A stretch of 64,000 bases of DNA. It comes from a virus. The notes beneath the pieces were generated by a model, which was not told the origin of the DNA, did no database searches, and worked only from the letters and a program-made list of their open reading frames with translations. A program made the translations under genes and the position numbers. The stretch is taken from IMG/VR virus record IMGVR_UViG_3300045278_000064; one strand, given 5' to 3'. Positions 1-7,647 of the stretch are shown here, piece by piece. Within the stretch, counting starts at the first letter, position 1. The number at the start of each line of letters is the position of its first letter.

Positions 1-228
1 CGCCAGGCCGACCTCGTGATCGCCAACGTCGAGACCCGCGAGGACCGCCGCGGCGAGGGCCTCGCCCGCTCCCTCTACGAGGCCGCCACCGCCCAGATCG
101 ACGGCATCGTCCACGACCTCCCCGCCCACCGCACCCCCGAGGGCGACGCCTTCGCGCAGGCCGTCGGCGGCGACGACGCCACCGAGTGCACCATCGACCA
201 CTGCGTCTGCTCCATCGACGCCGCCTGA
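1..228 (+). CDS. GNAT-like acetyltransferase, 5'-truncated by the window edge
   Basis: Frame is open from position 1; IANVETREDRRGEGLARSLYE resembles the GNAT acetyl-CoA-binding motif A (R/Q-x-x-G-x-G/A). Confidence 0.55.
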   Translation, partial: RQADLVIANVETREDRRGEGLARSLYEAATAQIDGIVHDLPAHRTPEGDAFAQAVGGDDATECTIDHCVCSIDAA

Positions 229-241
229 CAGGAGACCCCCG

Positions 242-592
242 ATGCCCGACTACAGCGACTGGCTGGCCCACGCCACCGACGACCTCACCACCGAGCAGCT
301 CGACGCCTTCACCGCCGCGGCCGATGCCTACTACGCCCAGCCCCACCACGAGCAGCGCGACCCCGAGGACGCGATCGCCGACTCCGCCGAGGACGACGCC
401 GCGCTCACCGCCATCCTCCAGCACGTCCTCGGCGAGAGCAGCCTCGAGACCACGGCCCGCGAGGCCCGCGCCGCCCAGGAAGCCCTCACCGGATGGGTCC
501 GCGCAGAGGCCGCGCTCGGCACCTCCGAGTCGAAGATCGCCGAGCGGTCCTGGCTCGCCCGCGACACCGTGCGCAAGCGACTCGGGAAGTGA
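242..592 (+). CDS. Hypothetical protein with C-terminal HTH
   Basis: AGGAGA SD upstream; C-terminus GTSESKIAERSWLARDTVRKRLG is HTH-like. Confidence 0.6.
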   Translation: MPDYSDWLAHATDDLTTEQLDAFTAAADAYYAQPHHEQRDPEDAIADSAEDDAALTAILQHVLGESSLETTAREARAAQEALTGWVRAEAALGTSESKIAERSWLARDTVRKRLGK

Positions 593-594
593 CC

Positions 595-1104
595 ATGTCC
601 AAGTTCAGCATCTACCTGCCCCGTCGACGCGCGATCTACGAACGAGACGGCTGGGTCTGCCAGATCTGTGAGCGGCCGGTGAGTCAGGGCCTCGACCACC
701 GTTCCATGGATGGGCCATCTCTGGACCACATCATCCCCAGATCGATGGGCGGTACGGACAGCAGCGAGAATCTGCGGCTCGCGCACCGGATCTGCAACAT
801 CCGCCGGGGGAGCCGAGTCGAGGACGCTGCACAGCAGGTTGCCCCTACACCTGACCGCGGTGGACGAAACCAGGGTGCCCGGCGTGCTCCGGTCATGACG
901 CCCGAGCTCGAGTCGGTGGTCGCGAGCCAGCACGCCCTCACGGATGTGCTCGAGCGCCGTGAGCGGGCCGCCGCCGCCCGCGACGCCGCGCTCGTCCGGG
1001 CCCGGAAGACCGGCACCAGCCCCACCGAGCTCGCCCGCCTCACCGGCCTGGGCCGCTCCCGGATCTACCAGATCCTCGAGCGCTCCGGCCTCACCCGACC
1101 GTGA
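595..1104 (+). CDS. HNH endonuclease in frame with a downstream HTH module (possibly two genes joined by a 1-nt insertion)
   Basis: RDGWVCQIC...SLDHIIPRSMGG...NLRLAHRICN HNH motif; HTH GTSPTELARLTGLGRSRIYQIL starts at internal ATG 895. Confidence 0.7.
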   Translation: MSKFSIYLPRRRAIYERDGWVCQICERPVSQGLDHRSMDGPSLDHIIPRSMGGTDSSENLRLAHRICNIRRGSRVEDAAQQVAPTPDRGGRNQGARRAPVMTPELESVVASQHALTDVLERRERAAAARDAALVRARKTGTSPTELARLTGLGRSRIYQILERSGLTRP

Positions 1105-1781
1105 CGATCTGCGAGGTCCCCGGCTGCGACCGGCCCGTGATCGCACGCGGGATCTGCGACCTGCACCGCGTCCGCCGCGCCCAGGGCATCCCGGACGACC
1201 AGCCCGTGCAGCGCCAGGCGACCCGTGCCGAGCTCGCCGCGGCGACACCCCGGATCATCGAGGCCCGCCGCGGCGGTGCGACGATCCAGGCGATCGTCGA
1301 GGAGACCGGCATCAGCTACTCCACGGTCTCGAAGATCCTGAAGCAGGCAGGGGTCGGCCGGCCGGTCACGGAGATCCCGCACGGCACCCCGTCGGGCTGG
1401 CAGTGGCACAAGTGCCGGTGCGACGAGTGCCTCGCCGCGAGGACCGAGTACAAGCGCCTCGAGCGGCTGCGTCGCCGCGCCCGCGCCGGGATCACCGCCG
1501 AGCACGGCACCGTCCGCGCCTACGCGCAGGGCTGCGACTGCGAGCGATGCCTCGCCGCCGTCGCCGAGACGGACCGGCAGCGCCAGGCCCGCACAGTGCC
1601 GGGCGCCCACCGGCACGGCCGGCGCTGGAACGCACTCGACGCCGAGACCGCGATGCGCACCGACATCACCATCGAGGAGCGCGCCGCGCTGCTCGGCCGC
1701 ACCTACGCCGCCGTCGACGACTGGCTCCGCGCCTACCTCGCGCGCCCGGACGACCCGTACGGCGTGAAGCCCCGGACATGA
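1101..1781 (+). CDS. Zn-finger/HTH DNA-binding protein
   Basis: N-terminal CEVPGC...GICDLH; HTH GATIQAIVEETGISYSTVSKIL; two HGT..C-C-x2-C motifs; GTGA overlap with the upstream stop. Confidence 0.65.
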   Translation: MTICEVPGCDRPVIARGICDLHRVRRAQGIPDDQPVQRQATRAELAAATPRIIEARRGGATIQAIVEETGISYSTVSKILKQAGVGRPVTEIPHGTPSGWQWHKCRCDECLAARTEYKRLERLRRRARAGITAEHGTVRAYAQGCDCERCLAAVAETDRQRQARTVPGAHRHGRRWNALDAETAMRTDITIEERAALLGRTYAAVDDWLRAYLARPDDPYGVKPRT

Positions 1782-1782
1782 C

Positions 1783-1858
1783 GAAGCGCCCCCACCCACC
1801 CGGCCAGTGGCCAGGCAGGTGGGGGCGTCTCGCATCTACTCGCAGCGGCTGCGAGTAG
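1783..1858. terminator. Twin hairpins between convergent operons
   Basis: GCGCCCCCACC...GGTGGGGGCGT stem plus a perfect 11-bp inverted repeat CTACTCGCAGC-G-GCTGCGAGTAG at 1836-1858. Confidence 0.55.
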
Positions 1859-1859
1859 G

Positions 1860-1964
1860 TCATCGTCGGCGAGCATCGCGATCCGCGTCGTCGTCCTCGT
1901 CCGCGCACCAGCGCGCCGAGGTCGGGTCGGAGTAGCGGGCGCCGCAGCGGGGGCACTCGAACAT
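1860..1964 (-). CDS. 34-aa Cys-containing peptide (absent from the ORF track)
   Basis: MFECPRCGARYSDPTSARWCADEDDDADRDARRR; its ATG overlaps the holin stop (TGATG). Confidence 0.5.
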   Translation of the reverse strand: MFECPRCGARYSDPTSARWCADEDDDADRDARRR

Positions 1965-2362
1965 CACCGCTCCTCGACCAGGGTGTCCCTCCCGTCAGGG
2001 ACCCCGTCGCGGTCCGCGCGCCGGCCGTGGCCCGGCGCGGTGCCGGTGCCGGTCCCATCGGGGACCACGTAGCCCATGACCTTGTAGAGGCCCTGGGCGA
2101 GGAGCGCGACGGCGGCGATCGACAGCAGGATCGAGGAGACGATCTGGATGATGCTGTCGGGGATCCCCGCGATCATGCCGAGCACGACCGCGGCCGCGAG
2201 CCCGAGCACCGCGGCGGTGCCAGCGGAGACCAGCTGCGTGGTCTGCTTCGTCCACGCGCGCTGCTTGGCGAGCTGGGTGATGATCACGGTCGCGGCTGCC
2301 GCGAGGACGAGCACGGCCCCGATCGGGGTGAGCTCGGTGGCCTGGGCGATGATCTCGGTCAT
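1964..2362 (-). CDS. Putative holin
   Basis: 132 aa with about three hydrophobic helices and a charged C-terminus; lies in the lysis cassette. Confidence 0.6.
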   Translation of the reverse strand: MTEIIAQATELTPIGAVLVLAAAATVIITQLAKQRAWTKQTTQLVSAGTAAVLGLAAAVVLGMIAGIPDSIIQIVSSILLSIAAVALLAQGLYKVMGYVVPDGTGTGTAPGHGRRADRDGVPDGRDTLVEER

Positions 2363-3258
2363 GGGGTGACCTCCTCGGTCGGGGTAGGTGTCGGGTCAGG
2401 GGTCTCGGGGGTGACGAGGCAGGGACCGCCGTCCTGCACGGCCCCGTCGGTGTAGGTGATGTCCCAGCGACCGTCATCACCGCACTGGGCGTCGGCGATG
2501 CCACGCCCAGCTGTGCCGTCAGCGCCAGCGGGTCCGCGGTCGCCCGCGGGGCCCTGCGCGCCCGTGTCGCCCTTCGGACCGGCCGGGCCCTGCGGCCCGG
2601 TCGCTCCCTGCGCGCCGGTGCTGCCGGGCTGGCCGTCGCTGCCGGCAGAGCCCTGGGCGCCGGGAGCGCCCTGCGCGCCTGCGGCTCCTCGCTCCCCGTC
2701 GGCGCCCGCTGCGCCGGACTGGCCGGCGGCACCATCGGTGCCGTCCTCGCCATCCGTGCCTGCGGCTCCGGTCGTCCCGGCGGGACCCTGCGCACCGGCC
2801 TGACCATCCGCCCCGTCAGCGCCGTCGGAGCCGTCGGCCCCGTCGGTGCCCGCCGGGCCCGCGGGACCGCGCTGCCCCTCGGGACCTCGCTCGCCCTTCG
2901 CCTGCGCGACGGTCTCGGCCGGATCCTCCTCGGCAGCGCGCTCCGCGTCGTCGCACACTGCCTGCCCGGCCTCGTCCTGCTCGATCGCTCCGGACTCGCA
3001 GAGCTCGAGCACGGTCCGGGCCTGAGCCTGGCGCTGTTCCGCGACCTGCACCGCGGCCGAGTCCATGTCGGCGAGCTGCTCGGCGAGCGCGTCCATCTGC
3101 CGCTGTCGCTGAGAGCCGACCGTGAGGCCGTACGTCGTCGCAATCGCGAGCGCGAGGATCACGACGAGCAGCGCCCAGACACCCAGCTTGCGATGTCGGC
3201 GGGCGCGGTCCTCGTCCTGCTCGAGCTGGTCGAGCGTGTCCTGCTCCTCCTGGGTCAC
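2359..3258 (-). CDS. Membrane-anchored collagen-like protein
   Basis: N-terminal TM helix, coiled coil, about 44 uninterrupted Gly-X-Y triplets, two Cys in the C-terminal domain. Confidence 0.75.
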   Translation of the reverse strand: MTQEEQDTLDQLEQDEDRARRHRKLGVWALLVVILALAIATTYGLTVGSQRQRQMDALAEQLADMDSAAVQVAEQRQAQARTVLELCESGAIEQDEAGQAVCDDAERAAEEDPAETVAQAKGERGPEGQRGPAGPAGTDGADGSDGADGADGQAGAQGPAGTTGAAGTDGEDGTDGAAGQSGAAGADGERGAAGAQGAPGAQGSAGSDGQPGSTGAQGATGPQGPAGPKGDTGAQGPAGDRGPAGADGTAGRGIADAQCGDDGRWDITYTDGAVQDGGPCLVTPETPDPTPTPTEEVTP

Positions 3259-3527
3259 AGGTCATCACCGTCCTCGATCGGGGGGTGGGGATCGATGTCG
3301 TTCTCGATGAGCTGTCGCCAGTAGGCGCGGGCCTTCGCCCACGCCCGTTCCTCGGACTTCTCCGCCTTCTCCGCCCGCTTGGTCGCGTCCTCGGCCTGCT
3401 TCTTGTAGAGCTCGATCATCTGGGCCTGCCTCGCATCGGAGCGGCGGTAGGACTGGATGACGAGCCACCCGATCCCGCCCCCGGCGAGGGGGAGGAGGGC
3501 CAGCAGTAGCGCGTTGACGTCAAGCAC
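3255..3527 (-). CDS. Single-TM coiled-coil membrane protein (holin/antiholin-like)
   Basis: AGGAGG SD upstream of GTG 3527; LLLALLPLAGGGIGWLVI TM followed by a charged helix; directly downstream of the endolysin. Confidence 0.6.
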   Translation of the reverse strand: MLDVNALLLALLPLAGGGIGWLVIQSYRRSDARQAQMIELYKKQAEDATKRAEKAEKSEERAWAKARAYWRQLIENDIDPHPPIEDGDDL

Positions 3528-3564
3528 ACGCCCCCTCACCTCCTGGTCTGGTCGCCGGTCGTGC

Positions 3565-5337
3565 TCACTGGACGGGGAGGAGCCAGAGCGCGTACCAGGT
3601 CACCGGGCCGAGCTTGCGGTCGACGGTGAGCCCGGCGAGGCGCTGGATGTTCGCGATCGCGCTGTCCATCTGCGCGCCCCATCGACCGTCGACGTCGACC
3701 GAGTAGCCGCGAGCGACGAGCTGCCGCTGCGCGGTTTCGATCCCGCGCGAACGGGTGAGCCCGGCGCGGGTGTAGATCTCTCCCGAATTCAGCGAGTTCG
3801 CGGACTTACCGGAGACGGACTCGATGGGGCCCGAGGCGTCGCCGTAGTAGCAGAGGTGCCCCTCCGTGCGCAGGAGCGGGAAGTCGGGCACGGACTTGAG
3901 CTGCATGAGGGCTGCCTTTCCGGAGGGGAGCTTCGACGAGGACGAGGTGCTGGTGCCGGCCGACGGTGCGATCACGGCCGTGGGGTCCCCGCCAGCGGCC
4001 GTGAGGATCTCCGCGATGGGGATGTCGCCCGGGTCGCCGTGGTCGTTCTCCGGGGCGTGCTGATGCCCGAGCCACCCCGAGTACGCCTCCCACTCGTCAC
4101 CGGCGAGGCGCTGGACCGCCTTCTCCCCGTACGAGCCGGGGTAGGCCGCCCAGGTGACCGAGGTCGTCAGCGGGATGTCGAGCGAGGCAGACACCGCCGC
4201 GAGCACCGCGGCGAGCGCGTCGCGCGCCCACGGCTCGTCGAGGAGGTCGGGGAGGTAGAGGTAGCCGTGCTTGCTCGCGAAGGCGAGGTCGCACGACCCG
4301 ATCAGCTCGATCTGGAAGACGCGCTGGTTGTTGGTCTGGACGCCGCCGGCCTTGTTCACGAGCGCGCGGGAAGGGCGGGTCGTGGAGAAGTGCTGCCGCG
4401 CCTGGATTCTCTTGCTCCCGGGGTGGAAGCGGAGCGTGAGGTGCGGGGCGGAGGAGCCGCCGCCGTAGCCGGGCCAGGTGCCGGTCTCGGTGGAGTGCAG
4501 CAGCCCGATCGGCTTCCCGCCGGCGTAGGTCTGGGTCGGGTACTTCTCGTCCCAGAACTGGACCTCGGAGTCGGCCCAGGGGAAGACCCCGTCGGCCGCG
4601 GCGGCGAGCTCGGTGCGCTCCGGCTGCGGGGCGGGGACGGAGGTGCCGCCCGCAGGAACCGCCGGCGGCGCCGGGGCCACCGGGGCGGCGTCACCTTTTC
4701 CCGAGAGGCCCAGCGTCCTCTTCGTCGCGGGGCCGACCTTGCCGTCGACCTCGAGTCCGAGCGCCTTCTGCTTCGCCTTGATCTTCGCGACCGTGCCGGT
4801 GCCGATCTTCCCGTCGACCTCGGCGCCGACGGCGCGCTGCACGGCGGCATGGTCGAGCCAGCCCTCGGCGGTGTACTGGTCGGCGCCGTTGTAGACGAAG
4901 TGCCAGGGCTCGCCGTTCCGCTTGCCCTCGTCCCAGGTCCAGCCGAAGCGGGAGCCGTTGGCCTGGACCCAGGTCTGGATCGCGGAGGGGGCGATGTCGA
5001 TCGCGATGCCGCGGGTGTGGTTCGCGCCCGTGCCCGTCCCGTAGAGGTCCGGGGAGGCGACGGCGACGTTCGTGACGTGCCGCCACGCGGTCCCGTTGTA
5101 CATCCGGTCGCTCGAGGCGACCTTCGAGCGCGTGCCGCGGTCGCGGTAGTTCGCCGTGAACAGCGCGATCTGTTCCGACTTCGACCGGTAGGCGTCGTTG
5201 AGCTGGAAGTTCACGCCCGTCTCCGCGACCGCGCGCGCGATCATGCGGGAGAGCGAGTTCGCGGCCGCCGGGGTGAGCTTCTCGACCTGGTTCCGGCTGC
5301 CCCAGGAGGCAGGGAGAGCCTTCAGGGTGGGGGTCAT
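3565..5337 (-). CDS. Endolysin: M15 (VanY-like) peptidase + PG-binding + amidase_2 + PG-binding
   Basis: AYRSKSEQ...NHTRGIAIDI...EPWHF (M15); DGKIGTGT/DGKVGPAT repeats; LLHSTE...QIELIG...WLGHQHAPENDHGDPG (Zn amidase); VDGRWG/DRKLGPVTW. Confidence 0.85.
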   Translation of the reverse strand: MTPTLKALPASWGSRNQVEKLTPAAANSLSRMIARAVAETGVNFQLNDAYRSKSEQIALFTANYRDRGTRSKVASSDRMYNGTAWRHVTNVAVASPDLYGTGTGANHTRGIAIDIAPSAIQTWVQANGSRFGWTWDEGKRNGEPWHFVYNGADQYTAEGWLDHAAVQRAVGAEVDGKIGTGTVAKIKAKQKALGLEVDGKVGPATKRTLGLSGKGDAAPVAPAPPAVPAGGTSVPAPQPERTELAAAADGVFPWADSEVQFWDEKYPTQTYAGGKPIGLLHSTETGTWPGYGGGSSAPHLTLRFHPGSKRIQARQHFSTTRPSRALVNKAGGVQTNNQRVFQIELIGSCDLAFASKHGYLYLPDLLDEPWARDALAAVLAAVSASLDIPLTTSVTWAAYPGSYGEKAVQRLAGDEWEAYSGWLGHQHAPENDHGDPGDIPIAEILTAAGGDPTAVIAPSAGTSTSSSSKLPSGKAALMQLKSVPDFPLLRTEGHLCYYGDASGPIESVSGKSANSLNSGEIYTRAGLTRSRGIETAQRQLVARGYSVDVDGRWGAQMDSAIANIQRLAGLTVDRKLGPVTWYALWLLPVQ

Positions 5338-5338
5338 G

Positions 5339-5367
5339 CGGTGCCTCCTCGGGCATGAGAAGGGCCC
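5339..5367. repeat. 29-bp direct repeat, copy 1 (hairpin flank + RBS unit)
   Basis: CGGTGCCTCCTCGGGCATGAGAAGGGCCC; 28/29 identical to 7588-7616. Confidence 0.85.
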
Positions 5368-5401
5368 CCGCGAGTTGCGAGGGCCGGGCTATGTTTCGGG
5401 C

Positions 5402-5809
5402 ATGACGGCAACGGACACACCTGACGAGATCGCGAGCACGCATCCAGTGGTCAGCCTGGAAGAAGTCGTGGCGGACCTTGAGGCAAGAGTCGAGAAGCTT
5501 GAGGCTTCGGAGCGCAAGTCGACTTCACGGACGAAGTGGATTGCCCCAGCCGTTCTTGGGCTAGTCGCCGTCCTAGTGGCCTTGTGCTTCACCACATTCA
5601 CCCCGCCTGCCAATGCGACCGCCGAGCAGTACCTCGCGCAGCTGGTCGGATTGGGGGCGATCTTCGTTGCTGGCGCCGCCGTCACCAAGGTGTTGCACAG
5701 GATCTGGGAGAACGGGGGCTGGGACATCGCTGAGGACGCCGTCAAAGCTGTCGGATTGGTGTACCTCGCGATCGTCGCACTCGTCACCTACAACTTCGTC
5801 GGGCTGTAG
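5402..5809 (+). CDS. Three-TM membrane protein (moron, antisense to the late operon)
   Basis: Three hydrophobic segments; codon usage less GC-biased than neighbours. Confidence 0.6.
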   Translation: MTATDTPDEIASTHPVVSLEEVVADLEARVEKLEASERKSTSRTKWIAPAVLGLVAVLVALCFTTFTPPANATAEQYLAQLVGLGAIFVAGAAVTKVLHRIWENGGWDIAEDAVKAVGLVYLAIVALVTYNFVGL

Positions 5810-5822
5810 TCGCCGCGAATCG

Positions 5823-7586
5823 TCAGGCGATCTCGTAGGTCCCGGACACGTAGATGCGTCGGTCCGTGCCGAGGCCCCAGGGGTTGTTCGGGCCGATCTT
5901 GCGGACCTGGACCGTGGTGCGGTTCGAGAGGATCTGCCAGCCCGCATCGAACCCGCCATCGTTGACGATGACCGACCCGCCGAGCGCGGCATTCAGATCG
6001 AGCTGGGCCGGGACCGGCAGCGTGTACTGGATCGACGTCTCCGACCCACCACTCGTCCGCCCCGCGGCGCGCAGGACGTAGAAGCACGTCTTGCCGATCA
6101 CGGTGAAGCGGGCGTGGCTGATCGACACATCGGTGAACGCCATCTCGCCCGACGCCGGGAACGACGGCACCCACGTCGACCAGGCGTCGTCGTTGATCAT
6201 CCCGCCACGGGAACGGGCCTCCGGGGTCGTCGCCCCGTTCCGTGCCCACGCCTGGTCTCCGTGCTTGGAGATCGTCGCCGCGATCGCACGGAGCCCGGTG
6301 CCCGATTTCGTCGATCCGTGGAGGTTCGTGTCGTACACCTTGACCTGCGAGCCGTTCTGCGCGAGCACGTCGTTGAACTGGTCGTTGAAGAAGCAGTTCG
6401 AGATGGAGCCGGTGGAGCCGTCGAAGTCGATCGCGGGACGGCTCCCCGCCTTCGTGTTCGACGTGAACCGGGAACCGCGCAGGGAGATGTAGCCGCAGCG
6501 GGAGAACCGCATCGGCGCGGTCGTCGCCGACTGGATCCCCTCCGTGTTGACCATGTCGATCCACTCGATGAGGAGTCGGCCCGGGAGGTCGAGCGCCTCG
6601 ATCGAGCGGACTTGCACGCCGGTCGGCTGGGTGATGTCGGTCGGTGCGGCACCAGCCTTCTGGATCGCGATGTTCGCGCCCGCGATCCCGCGGATGTACA
6701 CGTCCTCGTCGTAGAGCCCGGCCTGGACCCGGATGAGGTGATCCTGGCTGATGAGCTTCGGGATCGCATCCACGGCGCGCTGGATCGTCCTGAACTTCGC
6801 GTCCGTGGCGCCCGTGCCGGTGTCGTCGTCTCCGATCTCCCCGTCGACGTACAGGTAGACGGGAGCGTCGGTGAGACCGTCGATCGGGGTCATGCGGGTC
6901 CGGAGCGTCTCGACACCGGTCGTCGCCGACTCGAGGGTCTGCACAGCCTCGGCGGACATGAGGCCGCGCTGCTCCGTGGTCGCATCGACCAGATCCTCGG
7001 GGTTGCCCGGGTCGCCCTTGGGCAGCACCAGGTTCAGCACCTGATGTGGTGCGTCACCGGAGAGGGACGCGTAGGGCTCGTCGCCCCGCATCACCGTCCC
7101 GATCTCGATCTCGTTCGCGGGCCCGGCGGGGCCGCGGGTGAACGGGATCGGCGGGGACTCCGTCCCATCGCTGAGGACCAGGACGAGTGCACCGTCGCCC
7201 GTGTCGCGGAAGTCGACGACCGACGCTCCCTTGGGGCCCTGCAGCACCCGCACGGGGCCCTTGCCGGGGACGATCGCCGCTGAAGAGAGGTCGGTGCCGC
7301 CCTCCTCGACGTTGATGTGGAACGGCTCCCACACCACGCCGAGGTGCGGGGACACGCGCCAGTTCCAGACCTCGGGGTCGTTGATCGGCAGGTCGATCGG
7401 GGCGAGGACCCCGTCGACCATCTCGACCCGCTGCGGGGAGGGGAGCCACGTCAGCCCGCCGTGGAAGGCGGCGATCGCGGACGCTTCGAACTCGACGTAC
7501 CCGTTCGCTCCCCTCGCGGTCGCGCCGCTGATCAGGTTCGCGACCAGCCACGTGACCGGGGCGGAGGTCAGGGTGATGTCGGCCAT
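5823..7586 (-). CDS. Tail fibre/tailspike with a right-handed beta-helix (possible depolymerase)
   Basis: Short collagen motifs; YVDGEIGDDDTGTG...FRTIQRAVDAIP...IRVQAGLYDEDV beta-helix cap; beta-rich C-terminal knob. Confidence 0.7.
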   Translation of the reverse strand: MADITLTSAPVTWLVANLISGATARGANGYVEFEASAIAAFHGGLTWLPSPQRVEMVDGVLAPIDLPINDPEVWNWRVSPHLGVVWEPFHINVEEGGTDLSSAAIVPGKGPVRVLQGPKGASVVDFRDTGDGALVLVLSDGTESPPIPFTRGPAGPANEIEIGTVMRGDEPYASLSGDAPHQVLNLVLPKGDPGNPEDLVDATTEQRGLMSAEAVQTLESATTGVETLRTRMTPIDGLTDAPVYLYVDGEIGDDDTGTGATDAKFRTIQRAVDAIPKLISQDHLIRVQAGLYDEDVYIRGIAGANIAIQKAGAAPTDITQPTGVQVRSIEALDLPGRLLIEWIDMVNTEGIQSATTAPMRFSRCGYISLRGSRFTSNTKAGSRPAIDFDGSTGSISNCFFNDQFNDVLAQNGSQVKVYDTNLHGSTKSGTGLRAIAATISKHGDQAWARNGATTPEARSRGGMINDDAWSTWVPSFPASGEMAFTDVSISHARFTVIGKTCFYVLRAAGRTSGGSETSIQYTLPVPAQLDLNAALGGSVIVNDGGFDAGWQILSNRTTVQVRKIGPNNPWGLGTDRRIYVSGTYEIA

Positions 7587-7587
7587 T

Positions 7588-7616
7588 CGGTGCCTCCTCG
7601 GGCATGAGAAAGGCCC
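7588..7616. repeat. 29-bp direct repeat, copy 2
   Basis: CGGTGCCTCCTCGGGCATGAGAAAGGCCC. Confidence 0.85.
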
Positions 7617-7647
7617 GCACAGTGGCGGGCCTGGTCAGTGGTGACGA

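Noticed and set aside
2500-2900. GC-rich 9-bp periodic DNA repeats
   Set aside because: Fully explained by Gly-X-Y collagen coding
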